A model generated the notes under the pieces. It saw only the letters and a program-made list of their open reading frames with translations. It did no database searches and had not been told where the DNA came from. A DNA stretch of 64,000 nucleotides from an uncultured Solirubrobacterales bacterium. GTDB lineage: Bacteria > Actinomycetota > Thermoleophilia > Solirubrobacterales > Solirubrobacteraceae. The stretch lies in NCBI GenBank assembly GCA_963702185.1, contig OY969723.1, positions 742,075-806,074 on the forward strand, in the 5' to 3' direction. Position numbers and translations under genes: made by a program. This document shows positions 43,929 to 52,310 of the stretch, in pieces. Positions within the stretch are counted from its first letter, which is position 1; every line of letters starts with the position of its first letter.

Positions 43929-43944
43929 TTGACTAGTCAGTCAA
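43929..43944. promoter_or_regulatory. Palindrome TTGACT-AGTC-AGTCAA upstream of the nitrilase-TetR operon (candidate TetR operator)
   Basis: Perfect 6-bp arms, located 27-42 nt upstream of the operon ATG (43902). Confidence 0.45.
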
Positions 43945-43992
43945 CTGCTTGCGCTGAAGAATAGCCCGTCACAGCCGGCCGGTGGGGTGCGC

Positions 43993-45438
43993 TTATGCCA
44001 TGAAGGTCGCCGGTGGCGACGGATCGGCCGGATTGGCTGCACCCGCACCCGCCACCGCCCCGCACGCCAGTAGCTCGGCGACCGCCTGCGCCGAGTAGCC
44101 CGCCTCGCGCAGCACCTCCTCGGTGTGCTCGCCGAGCGCAGGACACGGCAGCCGCGCGTGCGAGCCGGGGGTGCGCGTGAGCTTGATCGGGATGCCCAGC
44201 TGGCGCACGGGCACCGTGCCGCCCCGTACGCCAGCCTCGCCCGGCTCGCCGCTCCCATTCCGTGCACCACTCCCATCCGGCTCGCCCCACCCGCCCGGCA
44301 CAGCCGGCTGCTCGATCTCGACGACCATGTCCCGTGCGCGCACGAGCTCTGAGTCGAGCGCCTCGTCCAGATCGAGCACGGGCTCCAGGCAGCAGTCGTG
44401 CTCGCGCGCGAACGCTTCCCACTGTGCGCGCGTGCGCGCGCGAAAGACAGCCTGCACCTCGGCGTGCGTGTGCGAGCCCGGCGCCTCGAACTGGCGCTCG
44501 ATGAGGTCCTCGCGCCCCACCCCGCGACAGAAGGCCTGCCAGAACTTCGGCTCCAGCGCGCCGAGCGTGACCCAGCCGTCGGCGCACTCGTACGGCCGGT
44601 AGCAGACCAGCGAGCCGGCCAGCGGCAGCTCGCCGCGATGCGGGACGACGCCGTCGGCGAAGTAGGCGCCCGCGACCATCGCCAGCCACGACAACGCGCC
44701 GTCGGCCATCGAGATGTCGACGACCTGGCCTTCGCCCGAACCGGGCCGGGCGGGACGACCGGGATGGGCCGGATGGGCCGGATGGGCCGGCTGGGCCGGC
44801 TGGCCGGAAGCGCCATCGCGCGCGGGAACCGCCTCGCGCGCGGGGACAGCGGGCGAGCCGTCGCGCTCGTAAAGGGCGGCCATGATCCCCAGCGCCGCCA
44901 TCAGCGCGCCGCCGCCGAGGTCGGCGATCTGGCCTGCCGCCTGCACCGGCTCGCCATCGCGCGCGCCGGTCAGCCCGAGCAGGCCGACGAGACCGAGATA
45001 GTTCATGTCGTGTCCGGCGTCCTGGCGCTTGGGGCCGGTCTGGCCGTAGCCGGAGATCGCGCAGTAGACGATGCCGGGATTGACCTCGCGCATGCGCTCA
45101 TAGCCCACGCCCAGCCGATCCAGCACTCCCGGACGGAAGGACTCGAGCACGACGTCGTGGTCGCGCACGAGCGCGAGCAAAGCATCGCGGCCGCGCTCGT
45201 GCTTGAGGTCCAGGCGAATCGAGCGCTTGTTGCGGTTCAGCGACATGAACAGCGCCGAACGCGCGCTGTCATCGACGCCCTCGAAGTACGGCGGCGACAG
45301 GCGGATGTAGTCGCCGACGCCGGTGTCCTCCACCTTCAGCACCTCGGCGCCGAGGTCGGCCAGCAGCAGCGAGCAGAACCCGCCCGGGAGCAGCCGCGAC
45401 AGGTCGAGGATTCTGATGCCCTCCAGCGGCAGGCTCAT
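43993..45438 (-). CDS. Family III CoA-transferase (CaiB/BaiF/AMACR-like)
   Basis: Start trimmed to ATG 45438: MSLPLEGIRILDLSRLLPGGFCSLLLADLGAEVLKVE. It has two low-complexity insertions, one carrying PAHPAHPAHP. Confidence 0.85.
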   Translation of the reverse strand: MSLPLEGIRILDLSRLLPGGFCSLLLADLGAEVLKVEDTGVGDYIRLSPPYFEGVDDSARSALFMSLNRNKRSIRLDLKHERGRDALLALVRDHDVVLESFRPGVLDRLGVGYERMREVNPGIVYCAISGYGQTGPKRQDAGHDMNYLGLVGLLGLTGARDGEPVQAAGQIADLGGGALMAALGIMAALYERDGSPAVPAREAVPARDGASGQPAQPAHPAHPAHPGRPARPGSGEGQVVDISMADGALSWLAMVAGAYFADGVVPHRGELPLAGSLVCYRPYECADGWVTLGALEPKFWQAFCRGVGREDLIERQFEAPGSHTHAEVQAVFRARTRAQWEAFAREHDCCLEPVLDLDEALDSELVRARDMVVEIEQPAVPGGWGEPDGSGARNGSGEPGEAGVRGGTVPVRQLGIPIKLTRTPGSHARLPCPALGEHTEEVLREAGYSAQAVAELLACGAVAGAGAANPADPSPPATFMA

Positions 45439-45455
45439 CTGACCCTCGGGCTCAT

Positions 45456-46343
45456 CTAACCCTCGCGCGAGGGGATGTTCAACATCGCCCGGGCCTCTGC
45501 CACCGTCGCCGGGCGGCGACCGATGTCTTCGGTCATCTGCCGCGCCTTGGCGATCAGCTCGCCGTTGGACTTGGCCATCGTCCCGTCCGGCAGATACAGG
45601 TTGTCCTCCAGCCCGACCCTGATCGAGCCGCCGAGGGTCAGTGCCGCCGAGACCAGCATCCACTGGTCGCGCGAGATCCCGATCACGCCCCAGTGCGCAC
45701 GATTGCCATCCCGCCCGCCCGGAATGTTGTCCACCATCGCCGCGAGGTTTCGGGCCGTCGGCGGGATGCCTCCGACGACGCCCATCACGCAGTCCACGTG
45801 CAGCGGCTCGTGCAGCACACCCATGTCGATCAATGGCGCGAGCGTGCCGATGTGGCCGATGTCAAAGCACTCGTGCTCGGGTTTGATGCCCAGCTCGTTC
45901 ATCGCCTGCAGCAGCTCGACGATCTCCTCGAGCGGGTTCGCGAACACCATCCTGAACACGAAGTCTTTGCGTGAGCGCGAGTACTTCGCGTAGTTCATCG
46001 AGCCCATGTTCAGCGCCGCCACTTCCGGTCGGCACTCGCGCAGGTAGTCGACCCGCTTCTGCACCGAAATCCCCACGGCGCCGGTCGAGAAGTTGACGAT
46101 CGCGCCGTCCCCGACCTCCGCGCGGATCGCCTCGCCGATCGCGCGATAATCCTTGACCTCAAAGCTCGGCCCGCCATCCGGCGTGCGCGCGTGGATGTGG
46201 ATCATCACCCCGCCCTCGTCCACGATTCGCCGCGCCTCGGCGGCGTACTCGGCGGGCGTGTAGGGGATCGCCGGGCACTGCTCGCGGTTGGCGAGCACGC
46301 CGGAGATCGCGCAGGTGAGGACTACCGGGTCATCGACGCTCAT
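45456..46343 (-). CDS. BKACE-family (DUF849, 3-keto-5-aminohexanoate cleavage enzyme-like) beta-keto acid cleavage enzyme
   Basis: 295 aa from ATG 46343 (ATGA overlap with the carboxyltransferase stop). LTCAISG ... IHIHARTPDG ... NFSTG ... ECFDIGH ... RVGLEDNLYL. Confidence 0.8.
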   Translation of the reverse strand: MSVDDPVVLTCAISGVLANREQCPAIPYTPAEYAAEARRIVDEGGVMIHIHARTPDGGPSFEVKDYRAIGEAIRAEVGDGAIVNFSTGAVGISVQKRVDYLRECRPEVAALNMGSMNYAKYSRSRKDFVFRMVFANPLEEIVELLQAMNELGIKPEHECFDIGHIGTLAPLIDMGVLHEPLHVDCVMGVVGGIPPTARNLAAMVDNIPGGRDGNRAHWGVIGISRDQWMLVSAALTLGGSIRVGLEDNLYLPDGTMAKSNGELIAKARQMTEDIGRRPATVAEARAMLNIPSREG

Positions 46344-47932
46344 ACCGGCACCACCCCGTGCTTGCGCCACGGCCGCTCGACGCGCTTGCCCGCCGCCATC
46401 TCGAGGCCCCGGCAGATAGTCGCGCGGGTCTCGCGCGGGTCGATGACGTCGTCGATCAGGTCGTTGCCGGCGGCGATGTAGACGTCGAACATCTTGCGGA
46501 AGTTCTCGATCAGCTCGGCGCGCTTGGCGTCGGGGTCCTCGGCTTCCTCGACCTGCTTGCGAAACGCGATCTCCACGACCCCCTCGGCGCCCATCACAGA
46601 GATCTCCGCGCTCGGCCAGGCGACGATCAGATCGGGCTCGTACGCGCGCCCGCACATCACGTAGTACCCGGCGCCGTAGGCCTTGCGCGTGATCACGGTG
46701 ATCTTCGGGACGGTGGCCGCGGCGACGGCGTGCAGCATCTTGGCGCCGTGGCGGATGATGCCCGCGGCCTCGACTTTGGTGCCGACCATGAACCCGGGCA
46801 CGTCCTGGATGAACACGAGCGGGATCGAGAACGCGTCGCACAGGTTCACGAAGCGGGCGGCCTTGTCGGCGGAGTCGTTGTCGAGGATGCCCCCCAGCTG
46901 CTTGGGTTGGTTGGCCACGATGCCCGCCGGGCGCCCACCGAACCGGGCCAGGCAGGTGATGATCGTCTTGGCCCATTGGCCCTTGATGTCGAAGTAGGAG
47001 CCGTCGTCGACGATCCGGCGAATCACCTCGTACATGTCGTAAGGGGTGCGGTTGGACGGGGGAAGTACGTCCAGCAGCTCCTCGTCGGCGCGGTCGATTG
47101 GATCTGTTTTGGAACCGTCGGCCCCGCTCACTCGGATCGGGGGGGCTTCCTCGCAGTGTTGGGGCATGAACGACAGATAGTCCTTCACGCGCGCGATGCA
47201 CTCCTCGTCATCGGCGACCTCCATATCGCCGACACCGGACTTGCGGCAGTGCACGCGCGAGCCGCCCAGTTCCTCCTGGGTCACGTCCTCGCCCACCGCC
47301 GCGCGCACGAGATGCGGTCCGGCGAGCGCCATCGAGCCGCGCCCGCGGACCATCGGCACGAAATCGGCCAGACCGGGGATGTAGGCGGTGCCGGCGGCGC
47401 ACGGGCCCATCAGCGCGGCCACCTGCGGGATCACGCCGGACATGATCACCTCCTCGCGGAACAGGTGGCCCGAGCCGGCGAACATCGCGCCGGCGGCCTC
47501 CTGCACGCGCGCGCCCGCCGAATCGAGCAGCCACACGAACGGGATGCGCTTGGTCAGGGCCAGCTCGCGCAGGCGCGTGACCTTGAACTCGCCGGTCATC
47601 CCCATCGAGCCGGCCATCACCGTGAAGTCGTACGCGCATACCGCGGTCAGGCGGCCGTCGACCTTGCCATAGCCCGTGATCACGCCATCCGCGGGGGCGT
47701 CGACGCCGTCCATCGCGCGCTGGGTGGAGTGAGGGCGGCCGAGGATGCCGAGCTCGACGAACGTGCCCTCGTCGATCAAAAGCGCGATCCGCTCGCGCGC
47801 GGTCAGCGCGCCCTTGGCGTGCTGGCGGTCGATCTTCTCCTGGCCTCCCCCAAGGCGGATCTGCGCGCGCCGGGCGTGCAGGTCCTCGACGAGCGGGCGC
47901 AGGAGGGAGGTCTGCTGGCCGGCGGCGGTCAT
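46340..47932 (-). CDS. Acyl-CoA carboxylase carboxyltransferase (beta) subunit
   Basis: Start at ATG 47932. HAKGALTARERI, DFTVMAGSMG, AALMGPCAAGTAYIP, ANQPKQLGGILD, RKAYGAGYYVM. Confidence 0.9.
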   Translation of the reverse strand: MTAAGQQTSLLRPLVEDLHARRAQIRLGGGQEKIDRQHAKGALTARERIALLIDEGTFVELGILGRPHSTQRAMDGVDAPADGVITGYGKVDGRLTAVCAYDFTVMAGSMGMTGEFKVTRLRELALTKRIPFVWLLDSAGARVQEAAGAMFAGSGHLFREEVIMSGVIPQVAALMGPCAAGTAYIPGLADFVPMVRGRGSMALAGPHLVRAAVGEDVTQEELGGSRVHCRKSGVGDMEVADDEECIARVKDYLSFMPQHCEEAPPIRVSGADGSKTDPIDRADEELLDVLPPSNRTPYDMYEVIRRIVDDGSYFDIKGQWAKTIITCLARFGGRPAGIVANQPKQLGGILDNDSADKAARFVNLCDAFSIPLVFIQDVPGFMVGTKVEAAGIIRHGAKMLHAVAAATVPKITVITRKAYGAGYYVMCGRAYEPDLIVAWPSAEISVMGAEGVVEIAFRKQVEEAEDPDAKRAELIENFRKMFDVYIAAGNDLIDDVIDPRETRATICRGLEMAAGKRVERPWRKHGVVPV

Positions 47933-48053
47933 GACGTCTCTCGATCGACGTAAAGCGCGCGCGCGCACGCGTACGCGCACACGCGCGCGCGTTCAACGCG
48001 TTTTGAGGCACATGCATGCCCGGCTCCCCGCCTCCCCGACCTCGCCACGCCCC

Positions 48054-48872
48054 TCACCGCCCTTTCCATTCCGGCTCGCGCTTGGCGAAGAACGCCGTGA
48101 CCCCCTCGACGATGTCCTCGGTCGAGGTCGCCAGCGTCAACTGCGCGCGCAGGTAATCCAGCGCGTCGTCCAGGGGCATGTCCATCTGGCGGCGCATCGC
48201 TTCCTTGCCCAGGCGCATGATCACCGGTGAGGAGGACGCGAGCTTGGCCGCCCACTCGCCGACCGCGGCGTCGAGCTCCCCCGCCGGCACCACCTTGTTG
48301 ACGATCCCCGCCGCAAGCGCCTGTTGCGCGGACCAGCGTTCGCCCAGCAGCAACAGCTCGTTGGCGCGCTTGCGCCCCACGTTCCGGTAGATCAGCGCCA
48401 TGATCATGAACGGGAACGCGCCCACGTTGATCTCGGGCGTGCCAAAGGTGGCGGTATCGGAGGCCACGATCAGATCGCACGCCAGCGCGATCCCCAGCGC
48501 CCCCGCCAGCACGTGCCCGGACGCGGCGACGATCGTGGGCTTGTCGAGAGCGCCGATCAGCCGGAAGAGCGCCACGAACCGCTCGGTGGCGAAGTGGCGG
48601 TGCACGAGCGGCACGTCGGCGGCGAACCCGCCGAGGTTGGCCCCCGAAGAGAAGACCGTCTCGTGCGAAGAGGCCAGCACCACGCAGCGCACCTCGTCCT
48701 CGTCGCGGGCGCGCTCAAAGCAGGCGATCAACCCGGCGAGCACCTCCGGGGAGAGCGCGTTGCGCGTGGCCGGTTCGTTCAGGGTGATCGTCGCGACGCC
48801 GTCGGCGGCGTCGTAGAGCACGGGCGCGTCGGCGGGTGCGTTGACGGCCGCATCGGCGGGGGAATCGGGCAC
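48054..48872 (-). CDS. Enoyl-CoA hydratase/isomerase (crotonase) family
   Basis: ITLNEPATRNALS, FSSGANLG, and the GHVLAGALGIALACD oxyanion-hole region. Confidence 0.85.
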   Translation of the reverse strand: MPDSPADAAVNAPADAPVLYDAADGVATITLNEPATRNALSPEVLAGLIACFERARDEDEVRCVVLASSHETVFSSGANLGGFAADVPLVHRHFATERFVALFRLIGALDKPTIVAASGHVLAGALGIALACDLIVASDTATFGTPEINVGAFPFMIMALIYRNVGRKRANELLLLGERWSAQQALAAGIVNKVVPAGELDAAVGEWAAKLASSSPVIMRLGKEAMRRQMDMPLDDALDYLRAQLTLATSTEDIVEGVTAFFAKREPEWKGR

Positions 48873-48907
48873 GACGGCATCCTAACCCCCCTCGCCCACC
48901 GGCCGCC

Positions 48908-48927
48908 GGCTGACTGGCCGGTCAGCC
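48908..48927. promoter_or_regulatory. Palindrome GGCTGAC-N6-GTCAGCC in the crotonase/acyl-CoA-dehydrogenase divergent promoter region
   Basis: Perfect 7-bp arms. It shares TGAC/GTCA half-site cores with the palindrome at 43929-43944. Confidence 0.4.
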
Positions 48928-48991
48928 AACCCACCCCGACACGGTAGCCTTACTGGCCCACGAGGAGACCCGGACAAGGAGCCCAGCCGAC

Positions 48992-50206
48992 ATGGCCGCC
49001 ACCGACACCATCGCCACCGACACCGCCGCCGAGACCGTCCGCAAGCCAGATCACAAGGCCCAGCGCAAGCACTTCATCTTCACCGACGAGCACGAACAGT
49101 TGCGCGAATCGATCCGCAAGTTCGTCCTCAAAGAGCTGACACCCCACGCGGAGGAGTGGGAGGAGACGACGTTCCCGAACAGCGTGTTCGCGCGCATGGG
49201 CGAGCTGGGATTCCTCGGCCTCGACAAGCCCGAAGAGTATGGCGGGCAGGGCGGCGACTACTACACGAGCTTCGTGCTGGCCGAGGAGATCGTCAAGGCG
49301 AACTCGGGCGGCCTGGCGATGGGCGTGGCGGTGCACACGGACATGGCGATGCCGCCGATGCTGGCGTTCGGCTCAGAGGAGCAGAAGCAGGAGTGGGTCG
49401 TGCCGGCGATCAGGGGCGAGAAGATTTTGTGCATCGGCATCACCGAGCCCGACGCGGGCAGCGACGTGAAAGGGATCAAGACGCGCGCGGTCAAGGATGG
49501 CGGCGACTACGTGATCAACGGCTCCAAGACCTACATCACCAACGGCCACCGCGCGGACGTGATCGTGCTCGTGACCAAGACCGACGCCGACGCTGGATAC
49601 GACGGGTTCACGCTGTTTCTGGTGCCGATGGACGCGCCCGGCGTGATCCGCGAGAAGAAGCTGCAGAAGCTGGGGATGCACGCCTCGGACACGGCGCTGC
49701 TGGCCTTCCAGGACGTACGCGTGCCGGAGTCCGCCGTGCTCGGCCAGGTGGGCAAGGGCTTCTACCACATCATGTGGGAGCTGCAGGGAGAGCGGCTGAT
49801 CGGGGCCGCGGGCTGTGTCGCCGGCGCGCAGAGAACGTTCGAGCGCACGCTGGAATACGCCAACGAGCGCAAGGCGTTCGGCCGCTCGATCGGCCATTTC
49901 CAGGTGATCCGCCACAAGTTCGCGGAGATGGCCACCAAAATCGAGTCCGCCCGCCAGATGACCTACGTGACGGCGTGGCGGTTTCAGAACGGCGAGTACC
50001 CGGTGCGCGAGATCTCGATGGCCAAGCTGCACGCCGCCCGCGTGGCGGTCGAAGTCGCCGACGAGTGCATCCAGATCCACGGGGGCGCGGGGTATATGCG
50101 CGAGTACGGCGTCGAGCGGGCCTGGCGCGACGCCCGCCTGAACCGCATCGGGGCGGGCACGGACGAGATCATGCTCGACGTGATCGGGCGGTCCTACGGT
50201 CTATAG
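48992..50206 (+). CDS. Acyl-CoA dehydrogenase
   Basis: 404 aa. GITEPDAGSD, YITNG, QIHGGAGYMREY. Confidence 0.9.
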   Translation: MAATDTIATDTAAETVRKPDHKAQRKHFIFTDEHEQLRESIRKFVLKELTPHAEEWEETTFPNSVFARMGELGFLGLDKPEEYGGQGGDYYTSFVLAEEIVKANSGGLAMGVAVHTDMAMPPMLAFGSEEQKQEWVVPAIRGEKILCIGITEPDAGSDVKGIKTRAVKDGGDYVINGSKTYITNGHRADVIVLVTKTDADAGYDGFTLFLVPMDAPGVIREKKLQKLGMHASDTALLAFQDVRVPESAVLGQVGKGFYHIMWELQGERLIGAAGCVAGAQRTFERTLEYANERKAFGRSIGHFQVIRHKFAEMATKIESARQMTYVTAWRFQNGEYPVREISMAKLHAARVAVEVADECIQIHGGAGYMREYGVERAWRDARLNRIGAGTDEIMLDVIGRSYGL

Positions 50207-50221
50207 GTCCATATCTTGATG

Positions 50222-50292
50222 ACCGGGGCACATGTGCCCCGGTCCCCGACGGTGCATGCACCGTCGGGCCGGCCGGTACATGTACCGGCCGG
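50222..50292. repeat. Three back-to-back perfect palindromes, each centred on CATG
   Basis: accggggcacatgtgccccggt (50222-50243), cccgacggtgcatgcaccgtcggg (50245-50268), ccggccggtacatgtaccggccgg (50269-50292). Together they fill most of the 110-nt spacer between the two acyl-CoA dehydrogenase genes. Confidence 0.9.
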
Positions 50293-50316
50293 AACAGCAA
50301 AGTCCGGACCACGCAA

Positions 50317-51474
50317 ATGACCGCTGCGACACCCCCATTCTCCGACGAGCACGAACAGCTGCGCGAGTCGGTGCGCGGATTCATCGACCGCGAGCTGGCC
50401 CCGCATGCGCAGGCGTGGGAGGACGAGGCATGGTTCCCCAACGAGGTGTTCGGAAAGCTCGCGAGGCAGGGGCTGCTCGGGTTGAAGTACCCCGAAGAGT
50501 ACGGCGGCCAGGGCGGGGGGTACCTGCACGAGGCGGTGCTGTGCGAGGAGCTGGCGAGGATCGGCTCGGGCGGGACCGCGGCGGGGATCGGCGCGCACGT
50601 GAACATCGCCACGCCCCCGGTGTGGAAGTTCGGAACCGAGGAGCAAAAGCAACGCTATCTGGCGCCCGCGATCGCCGGCGAGAAGATCGGCGCGCTGGGG
50701 ATCACCGAGCCGGGCGCGGGCAGCGACGTCGCCTCGATCTCCACCCGAGCCGAGCGCGTCGACGGCGGCTGGGTCATCAACGGCGAGAAGACGTACATCA
50801 CGAACGGCGTGCGCGCGGACTTCATCGTGACGGCAGTGGTGACGGGCGGCGATGACGGCGACGGACGCGCGGGCGGCCACCACGGCATCTCGTTCATGAT
50901 CGTCGACCGCGGCGAGGGCGTCGAGTCCTCCGTCCTGCACAAGCTCGGCTGGCAGGCCTCGGACACGGCGAGCATCGCCTACCAAGACGTGTTCGTCCCC
51001 GAGCAGAATCTGCTGGGCGAGATGAACGAGGGGTTCAAGCTGATCATGGCCAACTTCCAGTGGGAGCGGTTGGCGATGTCGCTGGGCGCCGTCGGCGCGA
51101 TGCGGATGGCCGTGCAGCGCACGATCGAGTTCGCGCGCGAGCGAACGGCGTTCGGTCGCCCGCTCTCGGGCCACCAGGCGATCCGCCACAAGCTCGCCGA
51201 CCTCAGCGCGCGCGCGTATGCCGCGCAGTGCGTCACCTACGACGCCCTGCGCCGGTTCGTCGAAGGCGAGGACCCGCTGCGCGAGGTGACGATGGCAAAG
51301 CTGCTCACCCAGCGGGCGTGCTACGAGCTGATGGACGAGTGCCTGCAGATCCACGGCGGCGCCGGCTACATGCGCGAGTACTGGACCGAGCGCGCCGTCC
51401 GCGACGCTCGCCTCGGCCCGATCGGCGGAGGCTCAGACGAGATCATGCGAGAGATTCTCGGGCGACTGATCTGA
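50317..51474 (+). CDS. Acyl-CoA dehydrogenase (second paralog)
   Basis: 385 aa from ATG 50317 (MTAATPPFSDEHEQLRESV...). GITEPGAGSD, YITNG, QIHGGAGYMREY. Confidence 0.9.
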   Translation: MTAATPPFSDEHEQLRESVRGFIDRELAPHAQAWEDEAWFPNEVFGKLARQGLLGLKYPEEYGGQGGGYLHEAVLCEELARIGSGGTAAGIGAHVNIATPPVWKFGTEEQKQRYLAPAIAGEKIGALGITEPGAGSDVASISTRAERVDGGWVINGEKTYITNGVRADFIVTAVVTGGDDGDGRAGGHHGISFMIVDRGEGVESSVLHKLGWQASDTASIAYQDVFVPEQNLLGEMNEGFKLIMANFQWERLAMSLGAVGAMRMAVQRTIEFARERTAFGRPLSGHQAIRHKLADLSARAYAAQCVTYDALRRFVEGEDPLREVTMAKLLTQRACYELMDECLQIHGGAGYMREYWTERAVRDARLGPIGGGSDEIMREILGRLI

Positions 51475-51509
51475 GGACTGGCAGCGCCCGAAACCGGACA
51501 GGGGGAGGT

Positions 51510-51535
51510 CGGGAGGGGGACCTGTCCCCCTCCCG
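51510..51535 (+). terminator. Stem-loop CGGGAGGGGGA-cctg-TCCCCCTCCCG
   Basis: 11-bp perfect stem located 36 nt after the stop at 51472-51474. It belongs to the same family as the hairpin at 53140-53165. Confidence 0.6.
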
Positions 51536-51649
51536 CTCACAGATCATGCGGGAGATTCTCGGCCGGCTGATCGGCTGATCTGAGCCGAAGATCCAGCCAG
51601 CATCTCGTGCATCGCTAAAGTCGGCTGAGGACAGGCCGATCGCAGATGT

Positions 51650-52258
51650 GTGACCCGTCCGCTCACAGCGCTGTCCGCCGCCTCGATCGCGCTCGCGATA
51701 CCGGCGATCGCCGGTGCACACACGACGACCGGACGTGCCGTCACCGCCCGTGCCCACGACCACGCGGCAACCCATCGCCACTGCGCCCACACCCAACTGC
51801 GGCCCAACCGCCACGACATCAGGCTGATCCGCGCCGCCACGCTGTGCCTGATCAATCGCGAACGCACCGCCCACGGCGAGCGCCCCCTGCGACTCAACAA
51901 GCGACTCAGGCGGGCAGCCCAGGGCCACAGCCGGAGCATGGCTGCCGGCGACTACTTCGCGCACACCGGCCCGCGAGATCAGACGCCGCTTGCGCGAATG
52001 CGCGCGGCCGGCTACATCTCCAGCTCGCGTGTGGGCTATGAAGTCGGCGAGAACATCGCCTGGGGTACGGAGCAGCTCGCCACCCCGCGCGCGATCGTCG
52101 CCGCGTGGATGGCCTCGCCCGGGCACCGCGCGAACATCCTCGACCCGCGCTATCGCGAAACCGGGATCGGTGTCTGCCCCCGTCCCCCCGCCTCGCTCGC
52201 GCACGGCCAGGCGGGCGCGATCTACACGCAGGACTTCGGCGCAATCATCGCCCCATAG
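51650..52258 (+). CDS. Secreted CAP/SCP/PR-1-domain protein
   Basis: GTG start. Signal peptide MTRPLTALSAASIALAIPAIAGA. CAP motifs: NRERTAHG, GENIAWG, WMASPGHRANIL. Confidence 0.8.
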   Translation: MTRPLTALSAASIALAIPAIAGAHTTTGRAVTARAHDHAATHRHCAHTQLRPNRHDIRLIRAATLCLINRERTAHGERPLRLNKRLRRAAQGHSRSMAAGDYFAHTGPRDQTPLARMRAAGYISSSRVGYEVGENIAWGTEQLATPRAIVAAWMASPGHRANILDPRYRETGIGVCPRPPASLAHGQAGAIYTQDFGAIIAP

Positions 52259-52310
52259 GCATCTGCCGGTAGTCTCCCGTCTCCAAACACGACCTAGGAG
52301 ACAACGCAAC

